Shown here: one piece after another, positions 34,787-45,444 of the stretch | Numbering within the stretch: position 1 is the stretch's first letter | Layout: each line of letters starts with the position of its first letter | Virus record (IMG/VR): IMGVR_UViG_3300031938_000002 | Span: 6,449 to 70,448 of that record | Source: a virus | Lineage: Duplodnaviria; Caudoviricetes | DNA: 64,000 bases | Direction: 5' to 3' (one strand) | Notes under the pieces: model-generated | Databases searched by the model: none | The model's input: the letters and a program-made list of their open reading frames with translations, nothing else | What the model was told of the DNA's origin: nothing | Made by a program: the position numbers and the translations under genes

Positions 34787-35362
34787 ATGCCCGACACGAT
34801 CACCAACCCCAGCGCCCACGACGCCACCGACACTTCGGGGGAGACGGTTCGCCCCCGCGACCTGCCTGCCCGTGAGGGTGAGGAGGTGTGGGCCATCCAG
34901 GTCCCCGGCGCCGTCACGTTGCGCGTCACCACCTTCAACCGCTTCGGCCAGGCGGTGGAGGGCGCCATGACGGTCGGCCCCAACAGGTCCGGCCAGCAGT
35001 TCCGGATCAAGACCGAGGACCGGGAGGAGAACCAGGCGATCTGCATGAGCCCCGAGCACGACCCGTTCCTGAACGGGATGCTGGTGCGGGTCGACGCGGA
35101 CCAGCAGCAGGACCCGCGCACCGCGTCCAAGGATGCGCTGACCACCGAGTCGCTGCTGGACATCTTCGACCTGGAAGGCAAGGCGTTCGAGGCGAAGGTC
35201 CGGTCCCTGGGTGAGCTGCCGCTGCGCCGGCTGGCGGATGTGGGGGAGTCGATGGACGCCTCCCACCGCCAGATCAACTTCGTGCGCGAGCTGATTGCGG
35301 AGCGCTACACCAAGGGTGGGCCGCAGACGACGTTGGAGCACGGCGAGCGTCTGTCGTCCTAG
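34787..35362 (+). CDS. hypothetical virion-module protein (191 aa)
   Basis: AGGAG RBS; strong codon bias. Confidence 0.75.
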   Translation: MPDTITNPSAHDATDTSGETVRPRDLPAREGEEVWAIQVPGAVTLRVTTFNRFGQAVEGAMTVGPNRSGQQFRIKTEDREENQAICMSPEHDPFLNGMLVRVDADQQQDPRTASKDALTTESLLDIFDLEGKAFEAKVRSLGELPLRRLADVGESMDASHRQINFVRELIAERYTKGGPQTTLEHGERLSS

Positions 35363-35369
35363 AGAAGTA

Positions 35370-35474
35370 CCGCCCGGGGTGTGGCGCGAGGGCCGCGGAC
35401 CCCACGCGCCCCCCGGGCGGTGCGTAAACCCCAACGGGGGCCGGTGTGGTGGCGAGGCCCCCGGCCCCCGTTGG
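35370..35474. terminator. Tandem GC hairpins
   Basis: CCGCCCGGGG/CCCCGGGCGG and CCAACGGGGGCCGG/CCGGCCCCCGTTGG stems. Confidence 0.55.
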
Positions 35475-35505
35475 CTTTTGGTGAGCAACGCCCGACATAG
35501 GACTC

Positions 35506-36012
35506 ATGAGCGCACTGGCTGACCTGGTTGAGGGGCTGAAGCGCGAGCTGGCTGTGCCTGGCACGTTCAACGCGTCCTTCCCCAACACCACCGACCCCGA
35601 CCTGACCGGGTCGCTGGCGGATGGGTTCGCCTCTGCCCAACTCGACGGGTTCTTCGGCACCATGGTGTTGGACCCCACCACCAGCACGGTGACCCCAGAC
35701 CTGTCCCCGGCCGGCGGGTCTCTGGTCATCGCCTACGCCACCGAGCGGGTGCTGCTGTCGCTGCTGCGGGACCTGAACGCCCGCCAGACGTACGAGGCTG
35801 GCCCGGTCAAGTACGAAATCGAGAAGTCCGCGAGCCTGCTGACCGAGCAGATGAAGTACCTGCGCGAGCGGCGCAAGGAACTGCTGGCCCAGGCCATGCG
35901 CGCCGCCCGCGCCGGACAGACCGTGTACATGACCGACGCCTACCTGACCCGGGCCGTGGCCGCGGTGAGCGGCATCTACTACTACTCCTACGAACTCGCC
36001 GGCCTGGGGTGA
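35506..36012 (+). CDS. head-to-tail adaptor (putative)
   Basis: Position and size; helical; AGPVKYEIEK strand. Confidence 0.6.
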   Translation: MSALADLVEGLKRELAVPGTFNASFPNTTDPDLTGSLADGFASAQLDGFFGTMVLDPTTSTVTPDLSPAGGSLVIAYATERVLLSLLRDLNARQTYEAGPVKYEIEKSASLLTEQMKYLRERRKELLAQAMRAARAGQTVYMTDAYLTRAVAAVSGIYYYSYELAGLG

Positions 36013-36018
36013 TGTGCG

Positions 36019-36471
36019 GTGGCCTCCACCCCGCAGATACCGAACTTCGACGCCGCGGCGGTCCGTGAAGGGCTGCGTCTGGCCATGCAGGTTGGTCTGC
36101 CTCCGGACACGGACGACCAGCCGCTGTTCGTGATGCCAACGACCGTTTCCGGGGATGCCGTCAACGTGCTCGACGCGGCCGGCACCCCGTTCAACCCCAG
36201 CTACCGGCCCACCCGCAGTGTGCCCGCCACCGTGCGGGTGCCGTGCGCTATCGAGTACTTCGACGGTGCCGGCAAGATCGAGTCGTTCGGGCTGGTCGCA
36301 CCCAGCCACGTCCTGCTCACCCTGCTCGACCAGGACTTCGCCCAGGTCAAGGGGTTCGTGTACGTGGTGATCGGCGGCAACAAGTACTGGTTTGAGCGGG
36401 AGTTCGCCCCGCTCGGGCTGGTCGACGTCGGGGTTCACCAGATCAAGTGCCGCAGCGACGACGAGGGCTGA
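36019..36471 (+). CDS. head-to-tail stopper (putative)
   Basis: Position; beta-rich, YVVIGGNKY. Confidence 0.55.
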   Translation: MASTPQIPNFDAAAVREGLRLAMQVGLPPDTDDQPLFVMPTTVSGDAVNVLDAAGTPFNPSYRPTRSVPATVRVPCAIEYFDGAGKIESFGLVAPSHVLLTLLDQDFAQVKGFVYVVIGGNKYWFEREFAPLGLVDVGVHQIKCRSDDEG

Positions 36472-36472
36472 C

Positions 36473-37015
36473 ATGGCGTTCATCCGCAACCAGGAGCGCA
36501 TGGTGTACCAGTCCGTCATGGACCTGGTGCAAGGCCACCTGACCACACTGGGCTGGCTCGGGCAGACCGACCCCAACCTGCTGCCGTTCGGCGCCACGGT
36601 GCCGTTGACGTGGCTGGAGGCGACCCCGGACCCGAAGCTGGACCCGTTGGCGCCCAACACGGTCGCGTTCACCGAGGGCGACACCCCCGACGACGAGGAG
36701 GGGGAGCTGGGCGCCGTCCATGGCGGCCTGTGGCGGGTGGAGCACACGTTCTTCATCGACATCTACGGGGAGTCCCTGGGGGTCGCCAAGGCGCTGGCGT
36801 CCGACATCCGCGCCATCCTCAACGGCAAGCTGCCAGGCACCTCCCGGTACGCCAACCTGACCGACTTCTCCCTCACCCCACCCGCGCAGGCGCTGGGGCA
36901 CATCCTGTCGTTCGAGGACGTGGAGGTGACCAGGCCGATGGCGCAGCCGGCGAAGATGCGCTGGGAGGTCGTGAAGGCAACGTGCGTTCACGAGTTCCAC
37001 GCCGAGGAGGGCTGA
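36473..37015 (+). CDS. tail terminator/completion protein (putative)
   Basis: FFIDIYGES..AKALASDIRAIL pattern typical of tail terminators. Confidence 0.6.
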   Translation: MAFIRNQERMVYQSVMDLVQGHLTTLGWLGQTDPNLLPFGATVPLTWLEATPDPKLDPLAPNTVAFTEGDTPDDEEGELGAVHGGLWRVEHTFFIDIYGESLGVAKALASDIRAILNGKLPGTSRYANLTDFSLTPPAQALGHILSFEDVEVTRPMAQPAKMRWEVVKATCVHEFHAEEG

Positions 37016-37016
37016 G

Positions 37017-38042
37017 ATGGCCGTCAAGGGCGGTACCGGCACCTACGGTGGCAAGGTCGGCTGGTCGGTCGGCCTGCAGTCCTGGCTGGACGACCCGTCC
37101 TCCAAGGTGGCCCGCTACTGGCGCTCCATCGAGTACGGCAGCAACAACTGGCCCAGCGGGCGCCTGTCCGGCCTGTGGGGCAATGTCGCCGGCCCCAACA
37201 GCCGCCCCGGCTCGTTCCGCAACGGGGAGCTGTCCGCGTTCTCCACCGGCGGCAACCAGAAGTTCGTGCCGTTCTTCAACAAGAGGGGCGACGACATGGG
37301 CAAGGCCGCGGTGTCGGCGCTCATATACTACTTCGGCATGACCCGCTCCGGCGGCGTCAAGAGCGCCACCAACCTGTCCGCCATCACCGAGACCAGGGGC
37401 TGGGACGACGCCGACCACAAGCGCAAGGCCAAGGACAAGAACGGTCGTTTCACCGGGAAGATGGAGTCCCGCGGCTCCGGCCCGGCGGAGCAGCGCCGCT
37501 CCCTGTTCATGCTGATCCAGTCGGCGTCGGCAGGCAAGAAGGTCCCGTTCGTCACCGGCGACTTCAGCACCGCCATCGAGGCCCGGCACTTCTACACCAA
37601 GGCGGTGCAATCGTTCGACCCGGTCGAGGCGGAGGTCAAGGAGCTGCGCGAGGTGATCGGCAAGCTGATCGGCGGCCGAGACCCATACTCGCGCAGCGGG
37701 TTCCAGTTCGCCCGTGAGGAAATCGCCTACCGGATGGACACCAAGCCCCGCACCGGCCCGCGCGGCGGCAAGAACCGGGTCACCAACCGCACCATCGCCG
37801 GCCGCCTGGGGGGCAACGCCGGCATCGTGTCCGTGTCGGCCAGCGCGACCGCCCAGGACTTCCTGCGTTCCGGTACCGGCTTCAGCCACTGGCAGGCCGA
37901 AATCGAGCAGGTCAACGCCCGCGTCGCCAAGAGGTTCCAGCAGGTGGTGGTCGACCTGATGCGCGCCCAGCCCACGGTGCGGCGCCCCACCGGAGACCTC
38001 ATCGCGGCCACCGACGACCCACGCAACCGCTACCCGCGGTAG
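37017..38042 (+). CDS. hypothetical neck/tail-completion region protein (341 aa, basic)
   Basis: Long ORF with strong codon bias before the major tail gene. Confidence 0.65.
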   Translation: MAVKGGTGTYGGKVGWSVGLQSWLDDPSSKVARYWRSIEYGSNNWPSGRLSGLWGNVAGPNSRPGSFRNGELSAFSTGGNQKFVPFFNKRGDDMGKAAVSALIYYFGMTRSGGVKSATNLSAITETRGWDDADHKRKAKDKNGRFTGKMESRGSGPAEQRRSLFMLIQSASAGKKVPFVTGDFSTAIEARHFYTKAVQSFDPVEAEVKELREVIGKLIGGRDPYSRSGFQFAREEIAYRMDTKPRTGPRGGKNRVTNRTIAGRLGGNAGIVSVSASATAQDFLRSGTGFSHWQAEIEQVNARVAKRFQQVVVDLMRAQPTVRRPTGDLIAATDDPRNRYPR

Positions 38043-38110
38043 CGCTCCTCGGTTAGTTCAAGGGCGCGACGACACCACCTTCGAGCACCGATTACTCGAA
38101 GGAGAAGCTC

Positions 38111-39583
38111 ATGGCCATCAAGGGCGGGCAGATCGTCCACGTTGGAAACAACGCCGTGCTCCTGGACCGCCTGCAGACGGCCGGACCGGGCACCGTCAAC
38201 ATCCGGCGCGAGACCATCTACGAGCTGGGCAACTACCAGTCCGTGGGTCAGGTCAGCGACATCCCGGACCTCAGCTTCACCCTGGAGTCGTTCGACGTCT
38301 CCTGCGCGATGGAGGCATTCCTCGCGGACAAGGACGTGAAGAGCACTCACCTGTACGACCTGGCCGCCTCCCGGGTGGTCAACCTCAAGAGCGCGTTCAA
38401 GCCGGGCCAGCAGGCCCCGGCCCCGTTCGACAGCGTCGGGTCGGCCGCGGTGCCGTGCCTGCGCCTGGAGTCGGTGTCGTACCGCTTCGGCATCGGCAAC
38501 AACAACGCCCGTCAGACCGCCACCCTCAAGGGTGACAGCCTGTACTACAACCCGGGCTCCACCTACATCCAGAAGGTGGCCGGCTCCGGCGCCGCCGGTC
38601 AGGTCATCGTCACCGACCACCCGGCATACGCGATCACCGAGGCCGGCGTGCAGCGCCGCACCCTGGCGATCACCGCCGGTGAGCGCCGGCTCCTGCAGGG
38701 CGTGGACTACACCGAGACCTACGGCGCCATCACCAACGGCGCGGCGGTCGCCACCATCACCCTGGTGGACGCGGTCGCGGCCACGGACAACGTGTACGTC
38801 ACGTACGCCAGCCCCGACGTGGAGACGTTCCCCCAGTCGGTGCACGCGCTGGTGTCCGGCATCTCCGGCACCATCACCGCCGCAGCCGCCGCGGGCGCCA
38901 CCAGCCTGACCACGGACGTGGAGCTGGCCGCCGGCCAGGTCATCATCCTGGACGACGTGCCCGGCTCCGCGGTCACCGAGGTGGTCGTGGTTGGCACCGT
39001 CAGCGGGTCCGGGCCGTACACGGTCAACCTGGTCAACGCCACCGTCAACGCCCACGCCTCGGGCGCCGACGTCGCGGTGTACGTGCCCACCGTCAAGCCC
39101 GCCGCGATCCGCGGCCGGGACATCGACGTGTTCGTCGGCCCCGCCGGTGCCGCCGGTTCGGCGCCGGCTGACGTGATCGGCACCAAGCGCCACGGCGTCC
39201 AGTCGGCTCAGGTGGACTGGAAGGTCACCCTGCAGAACGACGAGGAGTTCGGCAACTACCACTACGTCAACATCGACTTCGACGTGCCTGAGGTGTCGGG
39301 CAGCGTCGAGTTCAAGCCGCAGACGTACGCGGACCTGCTGAAGCTGATGCAGGACATCTCCGGGGTGAGTGACCCGCTGCAGTCCGCCAACGCCACCGAC
39401 CAGCCTCTCCTGGACGTGCAGATCGTCCTGAAGAACCCGGTCGACGGCCGGGTGCTGAAGCGCCTGCACATCCCGGACGCCCGGTTCTCCCTGCCCGGCT
39501 ACTCGGGCCGGGTGCAGCAGAAGCTCGACTTCACTGCCGCCTTCAACAGCGACCGCGGAGAGCTGAACATCTACGACAGCTAA
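38111..39583 (+). CDS. major tail (tube) protein with inserted accessory domain
   Basis: 490 aa, AAGGAG RBS, followed by chaperone and TMP; IYELGNY..VG, FSLPGYSGRV. Confidence 0.85.
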   Translation: MAIKGGQIVHVGNNAVLLDRLQTAGPGTVNIRRETIYELGNYQSVGQVSDIPDLSFTLESFDVSCAMEAFLADKDVKSTHLYDLAASRVVNLKSAFKPGQQAPAPFDSVGSAAVPCLRLESVSYRFGIGNNNARQTATLKGDSLYYNPGSTYIQKVAGSGAAGQVIVTDHPAYAITEAGVQRRTLAITAGERRLLQGVDYTETYGAITNGAAVATITLVDAVAATDNVYVTYASPDVETFPQSVHALVSGISGTITAAAAAGATSLTTDVELAAGQVIILDDVPGSAVTEVVVVGTVSGSGPYTVNLVNATVNAHASGADVAVYVPTVKPAAIRGRDIDVFVGPAGAAGSAPADVIGTKRHGVQSAQVDWKVTLQNDEEFGNYHYVNIDFDVPEVSGSVEFKPQTYADLLKLMQDISGVSDPLQSANATDQPLLDVQIVLKNPVDGRVLKRLHIPDARFSLPGYSGRVQQKLDFTAAFNSDRGELNIYDS

Positions 39584-39663
39584 CGGGAACGCCCGTTTGC
39601 GCGGCCCCTGCCAACTTCCCCTGGCAGGGGCCGCGGTTACCTCGCCAACAAGAACGGAGCACC

Positions 39664-40539
39664 ATGAGTCGCCTCGCCAAGCTCACGGACCTCTTCCAGG
39701 AGGGAGAGACCGTGCCGCTGACTACCCCGTCCGGCCAGAAGATGGTCGTGTGGATCAACAAGTTGTCCCCGTTCGAGATGGAGCAGGCCAACCACGAGGG
39801 CCGTATCGCCCGCGCCCGCACCATGCTCGCCATCCGCGAGGTCGGCACCCCCGACTACGCGCTGTACCAGGCCTCCTCGCTGGCGTCCAAGCCGGACGCG
39901 CTCATCAACGACCTGATCGACGCCAAGGCCAACGAGCACCTGGTGCAGGTGATCCGGGACCTGCATTCGGACCCGGACTGGAAGGAGCGCCTGGAGACGC
40001 TGGAGTGGTCGGCGGACCAGGTGGAGGGCAAGGCCAACGACGACCCTGAGGTGGTCGCCCTGGACAAGGTGATGACCGAGTACCAGGAGGAGATGGAGTC
40101 GCGCACCGACCACCTGCGCAACGAGCTGCGGATGGAGTTGCAGGCCCTGCCGGAGGACGCCCTGCGTGAGCAGTACCTGGCGGCATACGTGGAGGCTCAG
40201 GGGTTGCGGTCGTTCACCCGCGAGCAGCAGGCCACCCAGGTGTACTACTCGCTGCGCCAGTGCGAGGCCACCGACCAGGGCGACGGCACCTACACCCACG
40301 AGAACTGCGACCACTCCAAGAAGTGGCTGACGACTCGGCGTGAGGTGGACGAGATGCCGATGAACCTCCTCCAGCAGGTGCGCGAAGCCTACGAGGCCGT
40401 GAACATGCCGCAGGACGTTGCGCGTTTCTCGGGAGGTCCGGCGAGTTCCTCCGCGTCGTCAGGGCCTTCAAGCAAGCAGGAGGGCTCGACAGCATCTGGC
40501 CAGACGGAGACGTCCGACGCGCAGGGTGGGACCTCGTAA
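39664..40539 (+). CDS. tail assembly chaperone (gpG-like)
   Basis: Lies between MTP and TMP; acidic and helical. Confidence 0.85.
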   Translation: MSRLAKLTDLFQEGETVPLTTPSGQKMVVWINKLSPFEMEQANHEGRIARARTMLAIREVGTPDYALYQASSLASKPDALINDLIDAKANEHLVQVIRDLHSDPDWKERLETLEWSADQVEGKANDDPEVVALDKVMTEYQEEMESRTDHLRNELRMELQALPEDALREQYLAAYVEAQGLRSFTREQQATQVYYSLRQCEATDQGDGTYTHENCDHSKKWLTTRREVDEMPMNLLQQVREAYEAVNMPQDVARFSGGPASSSASSGPSSKQEGSTASGQTETSDAQGGTS

Positions 40540-40754
40540 CGGCCGTTTCCGAAGGGCTGACGGTTCTCGGCTACTTCGAGATACCGGATGAGAACGAGGT
40601 GCCCCCCGAAGAGATTTGGGGCAACGACGACCGGCTCATCAAGTGGTTCGAGGACATCAAGGTGCGTCGCGCCAACCCGGATAACAGCCGCATGGAGCCG
40701 ATCCCCGACATGCAGGAGAACGAGCTAACCAAGCGCTTCAATCTGGGAGGGTAG
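40428..40754 (+). CDS. tail assembly chaperone -1 frameshift extension (gpGT-like)
   Basis: Unannotated -1 frame LGRSGEFLRVVRAFKQ..WDLVTAV..PPEEIWGNDDRLIKWF has C-ending codons and no good start of its own. Confidence 0.75.
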   Translation, partial: LGRSGEFLRVVRAFKQAGGLDSIWPDGDVRRAGWDLVTAVSEGLTVLGYFEIPDENEVPPEEIWGNDDRLIKWFEDIKVRRANPDNSRMEPIPDMQENELTKRFNLGG

Positions 40755-40761
40755 GCCGGGC

Positions 40762-43700
40762 GTGGCTGGGACCATCTACGACGCACTCGTCAACATCGAC
40801 GTCGCGGACAACGACGCCCCCGGCCAGCTTGCCAGGATCGTCCAGCAGCTTCAGCGTGAGATTGCCTCCCTGTCCAACACCCCGGAGGTGGACCTCGGCG
40901 CGAAGCTGCTGGGCTCCCTGGGCACCGGGGTCCTGACGGCGCAGGAGGGCCTGTCCCGGCTGCGTGTGGTGGGCGCCGAACTGTCGGCGGAGATGACCCG
41001 CCTGGGCTCCCTGAACCCGGAGATGCGCACCACTGGTGTGGTCCGGGCCATCTTCGACCTGGAGCGGTTGCGTCACGAGGCTGAGGCGGTCGAGCGGACG
41101 TTCGGCCACCTGGCCCTGGCGCAGGGCGCCAGCACCCGCATCCCGCAGTCCGCCATGGAACGCCGGCTGGGCAAGCTGCCGGAGGAGGCGCGCCTGGACG
41201 CGTTGCGGCAGAACATCCAGCCGCTGCCGGAGCCGTCCCGGGCAGACACCGACCGCTTGCTCCAGCTCAGCCGGGACGCCGAAGTCCAGCGGATGGAGGC
41301 CGCCAACCGGCGCCGGGAGGAGGAGGCGTACCGGCAGGAAATCAACCAGGGCTACGACTCCCTGTCGGAGGGCCAGAAGCGCAAGGTCGAGGGCAGCACC
41401 GAGGGCCGGTTCTTCGTCGCGGACGAGCACCTCATCGCCGCCATGGAGGACGAGGGCGCCTCCCGCAAGGAGATTGCGGCCAAGCTGCGTGAAGAGGGCC
41501 GCATGGCCCAGCAGCGCGTGGTGGACGCCACCAAGTACCCGAACACCGAGAAGGGCCAGGCCCAGCTCGAGCGCGACCGTTTCTCCTCGGCCGCCTCCAC
41601 CGCGGGCGCCACCGACCAGGTCGAGAGCCTGCGGGAGCGTCAGGCTCTCATTGCCCGCAAGGAGCTGGACGCCCAGGAGAAGGAGGCCAACCGGGTCGAC
41701 TCCCTGGCGTCCACCCTCAGCGAGGGCGACTCCGCCAAGAGGCGGCAAGCCCAGTACAACCTGGCCATCGCCAAGGCGGACCTGGACTCGATGACCAGCA
41801 AGCGCGCTGGCACGGTGGCGGACTCCGAAATCACCAAGGCGAAACTGCGGGTCGCCAACATGGAGGTGGCGCTTGAGCAGGTGACGGCGCGCGAGTTGCG
41901 CGCCCAGCAGGACGCCGCCCGCCCGCAGGGGTTCTTCGCGTCCGCGCTCGGCCTGAACCGCGCCAGCCGGCGTGGTGGTGGTGGCGGCTTCGGCATCCCC
42001 GGCGGCGGCGGGATTGGCGGTGCCGGTGGGGGCGGCGGGGGCATCTTCTCCAACCTCATTGACGAGGCCGGGTTCGCCGCGAAGTACTACGCCCTGTACC
42101 GGGGCTTCTCCCTGATCGAGCAAACGCTCGTTGGCGTCAAGACCGCGACGGAGGAGTACACCATCGCGGTCAACAACCTGAGCATCGCTCAGGGCACCAA
42201 CTACCAGACCGCCTCGCGCGCCGCGGAGGGGTACGCCCGCATCGGGTCCACCATGGCCACCGCCCCCACCACGGCCATCGAGGGCGCCACCAAGTTCACC
42301 CGGTCGTTCCGCAACGAGGACGGCAGCGTCGACCCGGGCGCGGGTCGCCTGGGCGCCACCGTGTCCTCGCTCATCAACGTGCTGGAAGGCCCGACCAAGC
42401 TCACCGAGTCCATGGACTCCCTGGTGGCCGTGACGAAGGCGTACGACCTGGGCAGCGGGGGAGCGGGCTCCGCCTACGACCGGGCCACCCGGATCGGGCA
42501 GGTGTACGGCGTCCCCACCGGCGGGGAGCTGCTGGGCGGTGTCGCGCAGATCGCAGACATCGGCAAGACCTCGGGGTTCAGCCTGGACCAGCTCATGGCC
42601 CTGGTGGCCGCGTCCATGCAGTCCACGGGCCTGACCTCCGATGCGGTGGCCGGCGACATCAAGCGGTTCCTGGGTAGCGACACCAAAACCTTGGACAGCA
42701 CCCTGGGCGCCCTGGGCGGCGACACCCAGCAGAACCTGGCGAACAAGTTGGAGCAGCTCGCCGGCATCCTGCAGAAGCTGCCTGACGAGCGCCGCAACGA
42801 CGTGCTGCGCTCCCTGGGTGGCTCCCGCTCCTCTGCGACCGTCATCCCGTTCATCGAGGCGCTCGGCAAGCTGGACGCCACCCAGAAGGCCGCCGCGGAC
42901 CTGCCCTCGGCGGCAGACCAGGCCCAGTCCCGGCTGCGCACCTTGGGAGGGGCGTTCCAGCAACTCTCCGCCGACGTGCAGGGCCTGTTCACCGCCATAT
43001 CGCAGTCCGGCGGCGGGGCGGTGTTCGGAACGCTCGTTGGCGGCCTGCACGACATCCTGGTCGCCTTCACCGAGATGGTCCGCGCGGTGGGTAGCGTGCA
43101 CCCGGCGGTGCGCCTGCTGGTGACCTCCATCGCCGCCCTGGCCATCGCCGGCCGGGCCGCTGCGGCGCTGCAGGCCAGTTCCGCGGCTCAGCGTGGCGGC
43201 GCGCTGATGTCGTCCCTGTTCCCCACCCTTGGGGCTGCCGCTGGCGCGCGCGGGGCGGGCGTGGCCGCCGCGGGCGCCTCCCGTCTGCCGCAACTGGCCA
43301 CCTTCGGCGCCGGTGGCGCCGCCCCCTCCCTGGCGGCCAGCGCCAGCGCCAGCGCCGCCGTCTCGATGGGCCGCCTCGGGGCCGGGATTGCGGGGGTCGC
43401 CGCGTCGGCCGGAGCCGCCGTGGTGGCCCTTGCCCCGCTGGTCGCCATCCTCGGGACCATCGCCCTCATCGGGGCCGCTTCGGACGCGGCGAACAAGGCT
43501 CAGGTGGCCGGCGAGGACGCCCTGGCCGCCAAGAAGGACGCCGACCAGGCGCGCAAGACCGGCAACGTCGAAGGGATGCGCGCCGCCGCCCAGCGTGAGC
43601 GCGACAACGCCAGCGCCATCCGCAAGTCCGGCGACGGCATCGGCGGCAAGACCCTGTACGGCATCAACGACGCCATCGGGTTCCTCACCGGGTCCGACCA

Positions 43701-45444
43701 GAACCTGTCCCAGCAGCGGGACGCCACCGTCAAGAAGTTGGAGGACTACGCCAAGAAGCTGGAGCGGGAGGCGCAGTCCGCTGAGGACCTGGCGACGCAG
43801 CGGGAGAAGCTGGCCCGCCAGTTCAACATGTCCGCCATCTTCGGCACGAACTACAGCGACGTGTCCGGTGGCATCAAGAAGACCATGGACCTGGGTGCCA
43901 GCCCCTCCAAGGAAGCGGACATCTTTGCCGACCTGGTCAACAAGGGGATCGGCGGGGACCCGCTGCAGCTCCAGGCGCTGGTCGGGGGTGACGGGAAGCC
44001 CGGTGCTTCGGACCTGGTCCAGGACATCCTGAGTCGCAACGCCAAGTCCACCGACCCCAAGTCCCGCACCGATGTTCTGCAGAAGGTCCGTGACGCCGAG
44101 GCGAAGCTACTGGCCGAGGCCCGCCAGCACGGCGACGCCTCCACCATCGACTCCTTCAACCAGCTCCTACAGGAAGGCAACGCGGCATACAACGACGCCC
44201 TGGTCACCGACACTGAGGCGAAGATCAACTCCATCAAGGCCTTCCAGGGCATCACCCCCGCCTCCAAGGCCCAGATCACCGCGCTGGTCCAGAACGCCAT
44301 GGCCGCGGTCGGTGGCAGCGGCGACGTGGACCGGATGGCCAAGCTCATGTCGGGGGTGGACGCCTCCTTCATCACCGCCACCCGCAACCACTTCCGCACC
44401 CTGCTGGAAACCTTGAAGCGGCAGGCCGAGGCGATCAAGGTGGCCATGGCAGCCGCTGCCGCCGCCGAACACAGCATCGCCCCCGAGGGGTCCTACAACG
44501 ACCGGGTCCGCAAGCACCTGGCCGGCGAATCGGTGGCCAAGGACAAGGGCCTGGACAAGATTCAGTCCGACATCGACAAGTACAACCGGGCCATCGCCAC
44601 CATGGACAAGGCGAAGCCCTACGCCGCCCCCGACAACTCCTACATGACCGACAAGAAGGGCAGCGAAGGACCGTCCGCCCAGGACATCGAAATCGCCCGT
44701 TTGCAGGCCGGGGAGATTCCCGGGGACCCGCTGTCCGCGGCCTCCATCGCCATCAAGGTGGCCCGCTACCAGCTCAAGAACGCCGCGAACAAGCAGGAGT
44801 ACTTCCAGGCCCTCAAGGCCCTGCACGAGGCCCAGTACGACTACGCCAAGGTGCTGCAGGAGCAAGCCAACAACGAGGCCATGCTGGCCTCCGACATCAC
44901 CGACCCGGTGGCGCAGGCGCGCCTGAAGCTGGCCGCCGCACGCCGGCAACTGTCCGCCGACCAGTCCCGCGGCGCCCTCGGTGACGTCTTGGCCCAGGAC
45001 CGCCTCAACGTCAAGCAGTCCCAGGCCGACGCCGAACGGGCCGCGTTCGACCAGAAGTTCAACGACGAGCGCACCAACTACGAGCTGCAACGCACGTCCC
45101 TGTCGGCGTACCTGTCCTACCTGCGTTCCCAGCACGACTACCTGACCAGCGTCAAGAACAAGACCCGCCAGCAGGTGGACGAGCTCAACCAGGTCGACCA
45201 GGCGCTGAAGTCCCTCACTGACGGGCTGCAGGGCCAGTTCAACCTGGGCGACATCCGCATCCCCGCCCCGTACGAGGTGCGCCGCGCCATGGCCGGCGGA
45301 GGCAACTACGCCTCCTCCCAGTCCACGTCCTACGTCACCATCACCATCAACGGCAACGACACCGCTGCCATGGTCAAGGTGCTGGCCGACCATATGGGCC
45401 AGCCCATCCTGCAGACCGCCGGCTCCGCCCCGCGCAAGGTGTGA
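40762..45444 (+). CDS. tape measure protein (1560 aa)
   Basis: Length, Ala/Gly-rich helical composition, position after the chaperones. Confidence 0.93.
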   Translation: MAGTIYDALVNIDVADNDAPGQLARIVQQLQREIASLSNTPEVDLGAKLLGSLGTGVLTAQEGLSRLRVVGAELSAEMTRLGSLNPEMRTTGVVRAIFDLERLRHEAEAVERTFGHLALAQGASTRIPQSAMERRLGKLPEEARLDALRQNIQPLPEPSRADTDRLLQLSRDAEVQRMEAANRRREEEAYRQEINQGYDSLSEGQKRKVEGSTEGRFFVADEHLIAAMEDEGASRKEIAAKLREEGRMAQQRVVDATKYPNTEKGQAQLERDRFSSAASTAGATDQVESLRERQALIARKELDAQEKEANRVDSLASTLSEGDSAKRRQAQYNLAIAKADLDSMTSKRAGTVADSEITKAKLRVANMEVALEQVTARELRAQQDAARPQGFFASALGLNRASRRGGGGGFGIPGGGGIGGAGGGGGGIFSNLIDEAGFAAKYYALYRGFSLIEQTLVGVKTATEEYTIAVNNLSIAQGTNYQTASRAAEGYARIGSTMATAPTTAIEGATKFTRSFRNEDGSVDPGAGRLGATVSSLINVLEGPTKLTESMDSLVAVTKAYDLGSGGAGSAYDRATRIGQVYGVPTGGELLGGVAQIADIGKTSGFSLDQLMALVAASMQSTGLTSDAVAGDIKRFLGSDTKTLDSTLGALGGDTQQNLANKLEQLAGILQKLPDERRNDVLRSLGGSRSSATVIPFIEALGKLDATQKAAADLPSAADQAQSRLRTLGGAFQQLSADVQGLFTAISQSGGGAVFGTLVGGLHDILVAFTEMVRAVGSVHPAVRLLVTSIAALAIAGRAAAALQASSAAQRGGALMSSLFPTLGAAAGARGAGVAAAGASRLPQLATFGAGGAAPSLAASASASAAVSMGRLGAGIAGVAASAGAAVVALAPLVAILGTIALIGAASDAANKAQVAGEDALAAKKDADQARKTGNVEGMRAAAQRERDNASAIRKSGDGIGGKTLYGINDAIGFLTGSDQNLSQQRDATVKKLEDYAKKLEREAQSAEDLATQREKLARQFNMSAIFGTNYSDVSGGIKKTMDLGASPSKEADIFADLVNKGIGGDPLQLQALVGGDGKPGASDLVQDILSRNAKSTDPKSRTDVLQKVRDAEAKLLAEARQHGDASTIDSFNQLLQEGNAAYNDALVTDTEAKINSIKAFQGITPASKAQITALVQNAMAAVGGSGDVDRMAKLMSGVDASFITATRNHFRTLLETLKRQAEAIKVAMAAAAAAEHSIAPEGSYNDRVRKHLAGESVAKDKGLDKIQSDIDKYNRAIATMDKAKPYAAPDNSYMTDKKGSEGPSAQDIEIARLQAGEIPGDPLSAASIAIKVARYQLKNAANKQEYFQALKALHEAQYDYAKVLQEQANNEAMLASDITDPVAQARLKLAAARRQLSADQSRGALGDVLAQDRLNVKQSQADAERAAFDQKFNDERTNYELQRTSLSAYLSYLRSQHDYLTSVKNKTRQQVDELNQVDQALKSLTDGLQGQFNLGDIRIPAPYEVRRAMAGGGNYASSQSTSYVTITINGNDTAAMVKVLADHMGQPILQTAGSAPRKV

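Noticed and set aside
40738-43293. Long antisense or alternate-frame ORFs (also 25648-27273, 28032-29885, 50705-52627, 1798-3468, 5374-7290)
   Set aside because: Shadow ORFs expected in 70% GC DNA opposite well-supported genes; no RBS or recognisable motifs.
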